Notes: generated by a model not told the origin, from the sequence alone. Positions 29,379-40,526 are shown, counted from the stretch's first letter. The stretch is DNA of 64,000 nt from Candidatus Bathyarchaeota archaeon (GCA_963826715.1 CAWGYA010000002.1:64001-128000); one strand, 5' to 3'. Numbers and translations are program-made.

Positions 29379-30425
29379 ATGGATATCAGAAATGATATTT
29401 ACCCAATGCCAGAAGCTGAAAAATACTTACATGCATTAACTATCAAAACACAAGAAGCTTTCCCCTCAGTCTTCTCTGAAGTTGATGATGTAATCCGATA
29501 TGTAAATAATTTCAAAAACCCAAAAATAGCCGGACTATTCTTAGAGGTAGGTAATTACTACAGCTTCACCAAGTTTTATAACTCGCTTAATTGCATCCAA
29601 CCAAAACAAATTGATACTTACCATAGTTGCAAAAACACCCCTGAAATGCAGTCTTTTAATGTGTTAATATCGTTCATTGGACTTATGGAAAAACTGGCTT
29701 CTGCAGAGTCAAGCTCCTTTGAAAAATGGGTTGACTTCTACGATTGGGTAAACAGAAAGGATGTAGATGAAGAATATTCACAAGTTCTCAAAAAAGGAAA
29801 ATTTAGAAATTTCAAAGCGCTAATGGATAGTTTGAAAGGACGCTGGAGTAAAGAGTTTGCTAGCATTACAAAAACTACAAACTTCCTAAGGACAATTATG
29901 AGCCCCGAAGATAAACAGGCACTTATAAAGTCAATTAAATATATGCAGGCTATTCCAGAGTTATCAACTCGAAAAAGCTTTGAAGAATCAAAGGTTCCGC
30001 TCCCCAGGGAGAAAGATAATAGAGTGGGTGTTAACCAAAATTGTGCCAAAACTCCTGAGATAGTTTTACCGGCATGTTTTGAAAACAAAAAATGTTGGCT
30101 TTGTGACGAAACTACATCTGACAGAAAAACTCTGGTGTATTGTTGCGATAAATTAAGTTGCCCCTTATTGATAGATCAAGAGAAATTAGACAAATGCTTT
30201 AAGGATACCTTAAAAACAATTTATGAATGGCGTAGTAAGTTTATTCATGATCTATTTTTGCCTACAATAAATGAGAACGTGATTTATGGATTGCGTTATA
30301 AAGGTAAATATGTTATTGTAGAATTGCCAACAACAAACTTTAAAATAGTTTTTGAGGGAGTGGTTAAAAAATTCTTTGATAACTATCAAGTTACCCATCC
30401 AAAGAAGAAATATAAAATGCATTAA
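29379..30425 (+). CDS. HEPN-domain protein (putative RNase)
   Basis: IYEWRSKFIH Rx4H motif plus an upstream MEKL helix; Cys-rich insert. Confidence 0.6.
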   Translation: MDIRNDIYPMPEAEKYLHALTIKTQEAFPSVFSEVDDVIRYVNNFKNPKIAGLFLEVGNYYSFTKFYNSLNCIQPKQIDTYHSCKNTPEMQSFNVLISFIGLMEKLASAESSSFEKWVDFYDWVNRKDVDEEYSQVLKKGKFRNFKALMDSLKGRWSKEFASITKTTNFLRTIMSPEDKQALIKSIKYMQAIPELSTRKSFEESKVPLPREKDNRVGVNQNCAKTPEIVLPACFENKKCWLCDETTSDRKTLVYCCDKLSCPLLIDQEKLDKCFKDTLKTIYEWRSKFIHDLFLPTINENVIYGLRYKGKYVIVELPTTNFKIVFEGVVKKFFDNYQVTHPKKKYKMH

Positions 30426-30672
30426 TATCAAGGGCTTGGAAATTCCGCATACGTAATAATGCATGCTTTAGAATCAGCATATGAACCACATATCTGATAA
30501 AAAATCACATCAAACCGAGCACAGGAAATTTTAGGAACCGAAACTTTTCCTTAGTTATCATTTAAAAGATTTTTATCAAGTTGCGAAAAGAACAAGAGAG
30601 TTATACCAAGCGCTGACTTGGAGGAAGAAAATCTTATAAAGAAATCAATCTTAATGAAGTGTAGGGATTAAA

Positions 30673-30957
30673 TTGGAAAAAGTATTAGAAATGATAGGAA
30701 AAATGGTATTTGCACAAGATTTCGTTTTAGGCAAAGTCACAAATGTTCTCTTTGACCCTGAAGACCTCAAAATATCGCATCTGGAAATCGAATTAAACAA
30801 TAAAGCTACCAGTGAATTATTCGGTGCAAAAAAAGCATTCAAAAACAATCTTGCCATTTCAGCTCTCAAAGAAGGCGCCCAAGCTTTTTCAGGAAGAGGC
30901 ATAGAGCTCAAAGTCAGCAAAGGGCAACTAAACATTTACCTACGGCCTACTACATAA
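30673..30957 (+). CDS. PRC-barrel domain protein, paralog of 26939-27232
   Basis: Shared GKV...KI.HLEIEL...A..E..GA...N.LAISAL..G...GI.L.V.K.QL.IYLRP. Confidence 0.75.
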   Translation: MEKVLEMIGKMVFAQDFVLGKVTNVLFDPEDLKISHLEIELNNKATSELFGAKKAFKNNLAISALKEGAQAFSGRGIELKVSKGQLNIYLRPTT

Positions 30958-31404
30958 CAACCTTTTTTGACCATATTAAATTTCTTTTTTGATTTTTTTA
31001 TAATTAATTATTATGAGTTAGTATAATTTTTTCCTGAAGAATAAAATCCTGAAAAACACCCTTTAAGATCCTTCCTCACATGCCTGCCTTCAAACGTGTA
31101 TTTTCTCGACTAATCCACTTTATAGAGAGTAGTTAATGGTTTAGTTTGATCTATTTCTGAAAAACATCTTACCGATGATACCAATCAATTATAGCTTCGC
31201 AGACTTTTTTTGAATACCCACAACTTGGAAGAGTAGCAAAAACAGAATCTATTTTGGCGTAGTCAATTACAGCATTCATACGTAAATTCTGATATTTTAG
31301 CATATAAATTATATGGATTCTAGTTAACAACGTATATTTGTAGAACAACAATACAGAATTAGTTATCGTTTAAGAAAGCATAGGGGAACACTTATGAATC
31401 ATTT

Positions 31405-32520
31405 TCATAGGCGGAACTTTCGACTCTTGGAAACATCTGAGCCGAACTCTTTTGCCAGTTGTTCAAGCAGAGCCTTTTGGCTTGCAGTCAGCTTCTCAGG
31501 TACATGGATACCAATACGGAGAAATAAATCGCCTTTTCCGTACCCACGAAAACGAGGCATTCCTTTTCCTCTCAAAGTAATGACATCACCCACCTGAGTT
31601 CCCGGGCGAACTTTAACTAATGTTGATCCTTCCAGCGTTGGTACCGAAATATCTGCTCCCAAAGCCGCTTGGGGATAAGTTATCATAGCTATGTGCCAGA
31701 GATCATCACCTTCGCGGACGAACTGAGGATGCTGCCGCACATGAACAAGCACATACAAATCTCCCGGTTCACTGGTGCTTGATGAATATTCTCCCTCACC
31801 CCGCAACCGAAGCTGATAACCTTCATCTATGCCTGACGGTATTTTCACAGTAATTCTTCGACGCTTTCGCATAAGACCTGACCCGTGGCAGTTGCTACAT
31901 AATGTATCTATAAGTTTCCCCCTGCCTTTGCATGTAGGACAAGCAGAAACCTGCATATACATTGCGAAACCGGCTTTACGCATATTTTGAACTTTACCTG
32001 CCCCATTGCACGTTGGACATATCCTTGCTGATGTCCCAGGGGCTGCACCTGAACCGCCGCATACATCACAGTGTTCTACTCGAGGAACCTCAATTTCACG
32101 TTCAGTTCCTTTAGCGGCTTCTTCAAGGCTAACTTCTAATTCATAAGCGAGATCCTGACCACGATTAGTCTGCTCATAACCACCAAAACCACCTGCTCCG
32201 CCGAATATTGTTCGGAACAAGTCACCAAAACCCATGTCTCGGAAAATTGAGTCAAAATCCGCGCCACGGAAAATATCTTCACTGGTGTAGCGTTGGTCAA
32301 AACCATTGTGACCCAAAGTGTCGTATTGCTGGCGTTTCTGATCGTCACTTAGAACTGCATAGGCTTCGCTGATTTCCTTGAATTTTTCTTCCGCCTCAGA
32401 GTCTTTATTACGGTCAGGGTGATACTGCATCGCCAATTTACGATACGCATCTTTAATCTGGTCTTTACTTGCGCCTCTCTGTACTCCAAGCACTTCATAG
32501 TAATCTCGTTTTTCAGCCAT
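31405..32520 (-). CDS. dnaJ: chaperone DnaJ
   Basis: J-domain HPD, G/F region, four CxxCxGxG repeats. Confidence 0.96.
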   Translation of the reverse strand: MAEKRDYYEVLGVQRGASKDQIKDAYRKLAMQYHPDRNKDSEAEEKFKEISEAYAVLSDDQKRQQYDTLGHNGFDQRYTSEDIFRGADFDSIFRDMGFGDLFRTIFGGAGGFGGYEQTNRGQDLAYELEVSLEEAAKGTEREIEVPRVEHCDVCGGSGAAPGTSARICPTCNGAGKVQNMRKAGFAMYMQVSACPTCKGRGKLIDTLCSNCHGSGLMRKRRRITVKIPSGIDEGYQLRLRGEGEYSSSTSEPGDLYVLVHVRQHPQFVREGDDLWHIAMITYPQAALGADISVPTLEGSTLVKVRPGTQVGDVITLRGKGMPRFRGYGKGDLFLRIGIHVPEKLTASQKALLEQLAKEFGSDVSKSRKFRL

Positions 32521-32664
32521 CTAACCTTACCATTAAAGTAATGTTTACCGAACTTTCATAGAAAGCTTATGACTTGGATTTAAGTAATTTCCTTGTTTAG
32601 GCGGTGTTTTCGGGTTCAAAAGCTATCGATCAATAAATCGAAATCGTTGGATTCACAACACAAC

Positions 32665-33171
32665 TCAAACAATATATTTACCCGATTTTTCGAAGTCCTG
32701 AACAATCTCCATACGATGTTTCGAGCGGCTTAATGGCGTCACCAAGCGCAGATTTTTTAGAAGAAACCAAGGAGACTTTCGCGCCAGCACCGCGGCTATA
32801 TGATGGTCCCCAAAACTCTTCACCGCCACCGCAACCACTTCACGTCTTACCCCAACCTCAGACATCTCGCCTAAGGCGTGCAAATATTCATGCAGCAACA
32901 AATTATAGATTAGCGCATTGACCGTGGGCTTGTCGGTTATTTGGGCTTCCACTACATCGACAAGCTTACGGTTAAGTACAATATTATTGGTTCCCACGGG
33001 GTAGTAAGCTCCCAGCTGCAATGGTAAATCATCCAGGAAAAGCATCATGCAGTTTCGCCTTTTGCCCAGCGCATAATCAGCAGTTTCTTGAACGATTTTC
33101 CAAACTTCAGCGTAACTTTTGGCTTCGTCTAGACCGCTACTGAATTTCTCAATAAGTTTAGATACGTCCAT
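32665..33171 (-). CDS. conserved archaeal zincin-like protein
   Basis: LLHEYLHALG..E motif. Confidence 0.7.
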   Translation of the reverse strand: MDVSKLIEKFSSGLDEAKSYAEVWKIVQETADYALGKRRNCMMLFLDDLPLQLGAYYPVGTNNIVLNRKLVDVVEAQITDKPTVNALIYNLLLHEYLHALGEMSEVGVRREVVAVAVKSFGDHHIAAVLARKSPWFLLKNLRLVTPLSRSKHRMEIVQDFEKSGKYIV

Positions 33172-33294
33172 ATGGAGGTCTCAAAATTAGAGGGAAAATT
33201 CAAACCTTTAAGGGTTACACTATACATAAAAGAAAATAATCGTAAAATTGATAAACAACCACTGCTTTTCAGATAGCGATAAGGTGAAAATAAT

Positions 33295-33714
33295 ATGGCA
33301 AGCAATGTCACAGTAAAAGATATCATGACAAAAGACGTTAAAACAGTAGAAAACAACACTGTAATGAAAGATGTAATTTCATTAATGAACAAATACGACA
33401 AAGATGCAATTCTCGTCGTTCAAAGTGGCAAACCCACAGGCATCATCACGGTAAAAGACGTTCTGATCCGTGCCGTTGAAGCTGAGGTACCACTAAGAAC
33501 AGTCATCGCAAGAATGGTCTACACCAATCCGCTTGTTGTCATCGATCAAAACGCAAGCCTTAAGGAAACAGCTGAACTCATGAAACACTGGAACATTAAG
33601 CACCTACCAGTCGTCGACAAAAATGGCGCATTAGTAGGCATGGTAGACGATAGGCAAATCGTCCACTCTGATCCAAAACTAATCCCCATAATGGATTACG
33701 CCCGCCGAAAGTAA
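33295..33714 (+). CDS. CBS domain pair protein
   Basis: VKDIMTK, GIIT.KD, IKHLPVVD..G.LVGMV. Confidence 0.9.
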   Translation: MASNVTVKDIMTKDVKTVENNTVMKDVISLMNKYDKDAILVVQSGKPTGIITVKDVLIRAVEAEVPLRTVIARMVYTNPLVVIDQNASLKETAELMKHWNIKHLPVVDKNGALVGMVDDRQIVHSDPKLIPIMDYARRK

Positions 33715-34326
33715 TTTCGGCTCAGTTTTTTCCATACTTTTTTACTTTCTACGGACATTTTAGACGCTCCCTTGATATTGGCTAAATCTTTTCGGCTTCT
33801 AAAACAGTGGTATTCTATATTGTTGATTTTTGCAACTAAATATTCAATCCAGGCTTAGTATAAAGGTGAGTATTTCTTTTGTACTTCTCCAAGCTAATTA
33901 ACAACTACAATAAAGTTATCCATTTTACTCAACCCCTCTCGACATTTACTACAAGGAATCAACTCACGGTTAAAATTTTTATAATATAACTGCGAGGCCA
34001 TAAGCGTTAACTGCCCTCTCTTCGCTGCGTTAGGCATTGATTTCTCAGATAGCCTAAAAGCAGTTTTTAAACAACTTTTGCTTTTCAAAATAGTGTGAAT
34101 TGATTGTTGTGGTAAAAATGTTAAGTCTTTTAGGATGACTTTAGAATAGAAATTAGTCGTTGGAACAGTTATGCTAGAACATTGTAAGCCTGATTTTAGC
34201 TGACTTCAAAAAAACACATAATTTATTTAGAAAATCTACAAAATATTCTTGATCAAGCCCTCCTAAGGAGTCAGGATAGCAAATCTTAAATTTATTCACC
34301 AACAAAAAACTAAACTGGTTGGTTAT

Positions 34327-34677
34327 ATGGTAGAAAAAACAATACAGAAAATACCCGTAATGCCATTCGCCTTAATGTTAGCATGTATTGGGGCGGTAAT
34401 TGGACTTGTTGTCGGCATCTTTTACGCAGCCGTTTTTGGAGCAATATTTTCCACAATTATAAATAATTTTCCCTCAACAGGCACTACAACTGCTATGCCT
34501 GGCGTTTTTAGCCTCATCTTTGGAGTTGCAGCCATCATAATAGTTCCAATAATGGCTTTCGTGGGCGGATTAATTCAAGGCATAATAGTCGCAGTTGTCT
34601 ACAACTTTCTTGCACCCAGAATCGGCGGAATCAAAGTACAATTCAAAGAAGATAACCAAACAACAGGCACCATTTAA
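34327..34677 (+). CDS. membrane protein (DUF3566-like)
   Basis: Two long TM segments ending YNFLAPRIGGIKV. Confidence 0.65.
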   Translation: MVEKTIQKIPVMPFALMLACIGAVIGLVVGIFYAAVFGAIFSTIINNFPSTGTTTAMPGVFSLIFGVAAIIIVPIMAFVGGLIQGIIVAVVYNFLAPRIGGIKVQFKEDNQTTGTI

Positions 34678-34726
34678 AACCCCAACTTTTTCTTTTTTTT
34701 AGGTTTACCACAAAAACAAACACAAC

Positions 34727-34769
34727 TTAGTCAAGAAACCTTGACTTAGATTAGTCAAGAAAGTTTGAC
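34727..34769. promoter_or_regulatory. tandem palindromic operator
   Basis: TTAGTCAAGaaacCTTGACT and TTAGTCAAGaaagTTTGAC, 24 bp apart, just upstream of a TATA-like TTTTAT and ORF 34818. Confidence 0.55.
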
Positions 34770-34817
34770 GAAAAATCTTTTATGACAGTTCAAGACCTAG
34801 AATTCTTTGTGTAAGTC

Positions 34818-36086
34818 ATGCATAGCATTAATGCCTTTGGAAGAACAAAATGGATGACAAAACAAAACTGTTCTGCAAAATTTTTTACGCCCTTACTTGT
34901 GTTGTTGATTGCAACGTCTTTTTTTGGGGTTTGTTTGTCTCCAGTTGAAGGTCAAACAACTGCGGACCGTACCCCAGACAGAATAGTATGTAACGAGATG
35001 GAACTTAGAAATGCTATTAATAACGTTATAGAACCTACAGTTATCGCTCTTGATAACGATATTACACTTACAGAACAACTTGTTATTGCTGTTAACAAAG
35101 ACATCACCCTAACAAGTACAAGTACTTCTAAATTTTTCAAACTGATTGGTGGGGATAGAGAGCTTGTTAGAACTAAGGATGGTTATCTTGTTACTTTTCC
35201 TGATGCGGTTATTAATGTCGAGGGGAGTGGGCTGTTTGTCAAGGGTAGTGGGGTGTTAAGGCTTGATGGTATTGTTGTGACTTGTGGAAATTATCCTCTT
35301 GCTTGGAACAAGCTTGTGCGTGTTACTGTAGGTGAAACACTTATCCTGTATAATGGCGAGATTTCGGGCAATATTTTGGGTGATGGCGTTGTTAACAATG
35401 GTGTGTTTGAAATGTATGGTGGCAAAATTTCCAATAACAATGCCAATACTGGTTATGGTGGTGCTGTGTATAACAGTGAGTATGGCACATTCAGTATGTT
35501 TGGTGGTGAAATCTCTAACAACACAGGCTTTGGCGTGTATAACCGTGGTACGTATAACCAAGGTTGGAACTATGGCACATTTAACATGTCTGGTGGTTTA
35601 ATCAGTAACAACGATGGCGGGGGAGTGCAAAACAGCGCCATCTTCATCATGTCGGGCGGTGAAATTTCTAACAACGCTGGTGGTAATTTAATGCAATCAG
35701 GTGGAGGGGTTTCTAACAGTGGTATCTTTACCATGTCGGGTGGTGTGATTTCTAATAATCAAGGTACACATGGGGGCGGGGTATACAACTATCCTGAAGG
35801 TAATTTTAGCTTATCTGAAAATGCTGTAATTTCTGACAATAAAGCTGAAGTTGGTGGAGGTGTATATAATGCTGGCACATTTAACAGACGTGGCGGCGTA
35901 ATTTCTGGCAACACCGCTACACAGTATAACGATGTATATCCTAACGACAATAGCCCCGAGTCATTCCCAACTTCAACAGTAGTATTCATTGCTCTAATTC
36001 TGTTAGCGGTTGTTATAACATCAATTATGCTTTTTAGAAGGCATCGAAAAACCGCTAACTTAAACATGGAATTAGTTGTTACTTGA
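34818..36086 (+). CDS. adhesin-like surface protein with GGxYN/GGxISxN beta-helix repeats
   Basis: Signal peptide, repeated FxMSGGxISNN and GGGVYN, C-terminal TM with basic tail. Confidence 0.75.
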   Translation: MHSINAFGRTKWMTKQNCSAKFFTPLLVLLIATSFFGVCLSPVEGQTTADRTPDRIVCNEMELRNAINNVIEPTVIALDNDITLTEQLVIAVNKDITLTSTSTSKFFKLIGGDRELVRTKDGYLVTFPDAVINVEGSGLFVKGSGVLRLDGIVVTCGNYPLAWNKLVRVTVGETLILYNGEISGNILGDGVVNNGVFEMYGGKISNNNANTGYGGAVYNSEYGTFSMFGGEISNNTGFGVYNRGTYNQGWNYGTFNMSGGLISNNDGGGVQNSAIFIMSGGEISNNAGGNLMQSGGGVSNSGIFTMSGGVISNNQGTHGGGVYNYPEGNFSLSENAVISDNKAEVGGGVYNAGTFNRRGGVISGNTATQYNDVYPNDNSPESFPTSTVVFIALILLAVVITSIMLFRRHRKTANLNMELVVT

Positions 36087-36248
36087 ATCAAATAAACAAA
36101 TGTTCTAAATTTAAAGAAAAAGGGAAATATTGCGGGGGATACAAAGGGGGGATTTGCCTAAAGTAATTTCGGCGTAACAGTTTTTTATTTTTATCTTATT
36201 TTAATAAAAAAACGTTATTGATAAGAAAAACAAGATAGAAGGGCAAAT

Positions 36249-36536
36249 CTACTTTTGCAGTTTAGCCCATTCTTCTTTGGCAAGCTTTGTGATAGCATCA
36301 ATATTTGGCTGCGCAGACAGGTCGATAATTACATTGTTGATTTCATTCTTTACCAACAAAGCAACTTCATTAGGTCTTAGCGGTTCAGGTCTTGTAGACT
36401 GGTAAATACGCAAAGCCCGCAGCACAAAATGCACCATAACTTCATTGAGGTGGTTCTGAAGATCACTTAGCTCCAACTTACCGTCCTTCATTCTCTGGGA
36501 GTAAGTGGTTGAATCCCATTTTCCTTCGCTTGACAT
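36249..36536 (-). CDS. hypothetical protein
   Basis: ATG at 36536 after GAAGGA RBS. Confidence 0.6.
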   Translation of the reverse strand: MSSEGKWDSTTYSQRMKDGKLELSDLQNHLNEVMVHFVLRALRIYQSTRPEPLRPNEVALLVKNEINNVIIDLSAQPNIDAITKLAKEEWAKLQK

Positions 36537-36829
36537 TATATATCGTTCCTTCAGGGAGTCATGTAAACGGTGCATTATAACATTTACTAAATTGTAGTTA
36601 TTTCAAAAAAAACATTTGACTGCAAAAAGCAAATTGATACTAGATTTTAGTTTGCTTTTGGCGCTATGGATTTCCCAGTTTAATTTTAAGTATCACCGCT
36701 CTTGAAGACTATGTTTTCTCTTCTTAAGCAAACAACTAATATTCTAATTAGACATCATCAATACGCAAAGAAAACAATCTTAAGAAAAAAGAAAAATCTA
36801 TTTCTAAAATTTTAGAAAGAGCGGGAAAA

Positions 36830-38470
36830 TTAGGAAATAAGATCCTTGGGTTTGCCCATTTTCTTATTCACACATGCTTGTATAAAACCGAGATATTCGG
36901 GTGATGGTCTGCCTGGGCGGCTTCGGAATTCGCCGTGAAACTGCGAGGCAAAATAAAAGTATTTGTCTGGCAACTCTAGCGTTTCCATTCTTCTGCCGTC
37001 ACTGCTTTTGCCTGTAAAGCACATGCCGTTGCGTTTGAGAGGTTCAATATAGTCAAGGTTGACTTCGAATCGATGGCGATGGCGTTCATGAATTTCTTCG
37101 GAGCCGAAAAGTTTGTAGGCTAAGCTGCCCTTCTGCAGCATAACTTTGTGTGCGCCAAGTCTCATGGTTGCACCCTTAACCTCTATGCCACGTTGTTCAG
37201 GCATGAGATCGATCACTGGGTATGGAGTATCGGGATTGATTTCTGAGCTGTTAGCATCCTTTAAACCTGCAACGTTACGTGCAAACTCTATTACTGCAAG
37301 TTGGAAACCATAGCAAATGCCCAAGAAGGGGATATCATTTTCTCGAGCGTAACGAGCAGCCGCGATTTTCCCTTCAGTTCCTCGCGGACCAAAACCATAA
37401 GGGACAAAAATACCATCAAAGTTTGAAAGTTCCGCTAGACATTCGGGGTCACGTTCGAACTTTTCCGCCTCAAGGTAGTTTATGCAGACTTTAGTTTTGC
37501 ATGCCGCACCACCGTGACGAAGAGCTTCAGTCATGCTCACATAACTATCGGATAAGCCTGCATATTTACCGACTAATGCAATTTTGACTTCGTGGTCAGG
37601 TTTAAGTATACTATCCACGAATGTTTGCCATTGGTTGAAGTCTTTGTTTTCACATTTTAGTCCAAGACGTTGACACACGAAGTCGCCCATTCCCTGCTTA
37701 TCCAGAATAAGTGGAACTTGGTAAACAGTTTCTGCATTGTAGGAGCAAAAAACTTGGTTTTCCGGAATTGTGCCAAAGAGAGCGATTTTCCTTAGAGCTT
37801 CTGCATCTATCATTTGAGGACTCCTGGCTACTATAGTGTCGGGTTGGATACCAATACGGCGTAGCTCGTTTACACTGTGCTGTAATGGTTTGGTTTTCAT
37901 TTCTCCTGTAACATCTAAGATGGGGACAAGTGCTACGTGAACATAGAGGGTATTCTCATAACCTTCTTCCACGCGCATCTGGCGGATAGCTTCCAAAAAA
38001 GGCAAGCCTTCAATGTCACCGACTGTGCCTCCCACTTCAGTAAGCACGATGTCCGCGTTTACTGCTTTGCCTGCATTTTTAATTCGATTTTTTATTTCGT
38101 TAGTCACATGGGGGACGATTTGGACGCATCTACCCAAGAAATCTCCATGGCGTTCTTTTTCTATAACACTACGATAAATGGTTCCTGTGGTTAAGTTATT
38201 GTTTTGTTTCAGGCTTAAATCAAGGAAGCGTTCATACCAACCCAGGTCTAAATCTGTTTCGCCACCATCATCTGTAACGAAAACTTCACCGTGCATATAG
38301 GGGTTCATGGTACCAGCGTCGATGTTTACATAGGGGTCGATTTTCACGACAGTGGGTTTTAGACCTCTTGCCTGAAGCATTTTACCGATGGAGGAAGTTA
38401 AAATTCCTTTACCAACGGAACTTAACACTCCGCCTGTTACAAAAATGTACTTAACCATTGTTATCCCCAC
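36830..38470 (-). CDS. pyrG: CTP synthase
   Basis: KYIFVTGGVLSSVGKG, DLDLG, GICYG, ERHRHRFEVN. Confidence 0.97.
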   Translation of the reverse strand: MGITMVKYIFVTGGVLSSVGKGILTSSIGKMLQARGLKPTVVKIDPYVNIDAGTMNPYMHGEVFVTDDGGETDLDLGWYERFLDLSLKQNNNLTTGTIYRSVIEKERHGDFLGRCVQIVPHVTNEIKNRIKNAGKAVNADIVLTEVGGTVGDIEGLPFLEAIRQMRVEEGYENTLYVHVALVPILDVTGEMKTKPLQHSVNELRRIGIQPDTIVARSPQMIDAEALRKIALFGTIPENQVFCSYNAETVYQVPLILDKQGMGDFVCQRLGLKCENKDFNQWQTFVDSILKPDHEVKIALVGKYAGLSDSYVSMTEALRHGGAACKTKVCINYLEAEKFERDPECLAELSNFDGIFVPYGFGPRGTEGKIAAARYARENDIPFLGICYGFQLAVIEFARNVAGLKDANSSEINPDTPYPVIDLMPEQRGIEVKGATMRLGAHKVMLQKGSLAYKLFGSEEIHERHRHRFEVNLDYIEPLKRNGMCFTGKSSDGRRMETLELPDKYFYFASQFHGEFRSRPGRPSPEYLGFIQACVNKKMGKPKDLIS

Positions 38471-38749
38471 AATAACCTACACCTTTCATGAAAACTTAAT
38501 ATAACTCTTTTGTGCGCGGATATATAAAAATGTGCAAAGGTCCATGGAAATTGACAGAAAACAGTGTAGTTAGAGCGCATTTGCTTGATTATATCTGCGG
38601 TTGCGTCTGAGTGCCAAAAGTTGAATAATTACTTCCAAGAGAATCGGAGAGATTTGGTAAAACCACTAAATTTCGTATGATAAATCATTAGCCGTTTGCA
38701 TAAAAACTATTAATCACAGTTGCTCTAGCATTATTGGAGACGTTGATTA

Positions 38750-38983
38750 ATGCCGCAAGCCTTTGTACTTATAAACGTTGAATCAGGTACAGAAGAAGAA
38801 GTTATTGGAGAACTTAAACAAATTCCAGGCGTCGAAGAAGCCTACTATTCCTACGGCGTCTATGACATCGTAACCAAAGTTAAAGCAGATACTATGGAGA
38901 AACTAAAAGACATGGTTACTCACAACATTCGTAGTCTAACCCGTGTTCGATCCACCTTAACGCTTATAATGATGGAAGAATAA
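38750..38983 (+). CDS. stand-alone Lrp/AsnC ligand-binding (RAM) domain protein
   Basis: AFVLINVE...YGVYDIV..V...STLTLI. Confidence 0.88.
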   Translation: MPQAFVLINVESGTEEEVIGELKQIPGVEEAYYSYGVYDIVTKVKADTMEKLKDMVTHNIRSLTRVRSTLTLIMMEE

Positions 38984-39109
38984 ACAGTCCGGCAAATAGT
39001 TTTTCGTCAGTCTCAGTCGAGTAGCTCTCCAGGACAATATATTATACTACGTAAGGTTATATGCCATCTTCACCAAGGTTTCTGCCAAGGCTTAAATGGC
39101 TAGGCATCG

Positions 39110-40195
39110 ATGGTTAACCAGAGCTTGAGATTAATGGAATCAGCTATGAAATCCCATCAACCTATCCTGATGAGGATAATTCTGGCTGCGGGACTGCTTG
39201 TTTTTATCCTCTACTTAATTTTATATATCAACCCCTCACAAGTCTCCAAAACCTTAGCTCAAACCAACCTGTTCATCTATTCAATTGCATTCATAACCTA
39301 CACACTCTACACTGTTTGCTCATCTATGGTTTGGCGAAGCTTGCTGGGTAGTCTGTCAGTGAAGATAACAAAACGCAAAGCTTTCCTTTACACATGGGTT
39401 GGCTTGTTCTTTGAAGCAACGGTTCCGCAGTTGGGCTGGTCAGGGGAAATCTCAAAAATCTACTTGCTCTGCAAAGATTCAAACCTCGAAACAGGACGTA
39501 TCGGCGCATCAGTGGTAGGGCAGAAGCTCCTTACTATGACCCTAACGATTAGTGCGTTAAGCATAGGCTTGGGTTTGTTGTTATTTCGATATTCTTTGCC
39601 GCCGAACATAGCTTTGCTTATAGGTTTTGTTTTGGGGCTTTTGATTCTAACATTAATATTCATTTACTACATAAGCCTCAAACCCCGCGTAACCAAAACA
39701 CTTCTAAGTTTAAGCGTTCGGGTTGCGAAGGTCTTCCGTAAAAAATGGAAGACCCAAAGCTTCATTGAGAAAGCTGAAAGTGTACTTGAGAAGTTTCATG
39801 CGGGCATCGAACAACTTAAAGCCAATCCGAAAGCATTGATTGCACCAATTGCATATGCAATTGCCGGGTTTTTTTTTGAGGTATCAGTTCTGTTTTTGGC
39901 TTTTGCAGCGTTAGGGCAACCTCTACGTGTAGATGTAGTGTTAATTGTTTTTGCTCTAACTGGAACTCTCCAAACGGTTGGAGCAACTTTTGTTGGTTTT
40001 CCGGAGTTAATAATGACGGTGTCGCTTCAGGCACTGAGCGTTGAACCAGCAGTAGCGTTATCCGTTGCGTTGTTAACGAGAATGGTTAACCTCTGGTTCC
40101 GACTGGGAGTTTCCTATGGTGCGCTACAATTGGCAGGTTTAAAAATGAGTAGGCTAAACCGAGGAACCTCTGATTCTTTAGCGGTTAAGAATTGA
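39110..40195 (+). CDS. UPF0104/lysylphosphatidylglycerol-synthase TM-domain flippase-like protein
   Basis: W..LL, P..G..GE..K.YLL, multi-TM, ALLTR. Confidence 0.8.
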   Translation: MVNQSLRLMESAMKSHQPILMRIILAAGLLVFILYLILYINPSQVSKTLAQTNLFIYSIAFITYTLYTVCSSMVWRSLLGSLSVKITKRKAFLYTWVGLFFEATVPQLGWSGEISKIYLLCKDSNLETGRIGASVVGQKLLTMTLTISALSIGLGLLLFRYSLPPNIALLIGFVLGLLILTLIFIYYISLKPRVTKTLLSLSVRVAKVFRKKWKTQSFIEKAESVLEKFHAGIEQLKANPKALIAPIAYAIAGFFFEVSVLFLAFAALGQPLRVDVVLIVFALTGTLQTVGATFVGFPELIMTVSLQALSVEPAVALSVALLTRMVNLWFRLGVSYGALQLAGLKMSRLNRGTSDSLAVKN

Positions 40196-40286
40196 ACAAT
40201 TATTGAAACCCTTCACAATAACTCATAGAAAGCCAATTAGAAACATTTTAATGCGAACCTAACCTAATCAATATCAGAGGATTGAT

Positions 40287-40526
40287 ATGCCCACAGCGTT
40301 TGTATTAATAAATACTGAAATAGGGTCTGAATCAGATGTTTTGAAAGAACTCAAAAAAGTTGAAGGCGTCGAAGAAGCCTCAGCAGTATATGGAGTCTAT
40401 GATATTGTAGCTCGAGTTAAAGCAGACACTATGGATAAACTCAAAGAAATTGTCACCTGGCGAATTCGGCGTCTTGACAAAGTCCGCTCGACTCTGACAA
40501 TGATTGTCGTAGAAGACAAACAATAA
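40287..40526 (+). CDS. stand-alone Lrp/AsnC RAM domain protein
   Basis: MPTAFVLINTEIG...VYGVYDIVARV...STLTMIV. Confidence 0.9.
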   Translation: MPTAFVLINTEIGSESDVLKELKKVEGVEEASAVYGVYDIVARVKADTMDKLKEIVTWRIRRLDKVRSTLTMIVVEDKQ

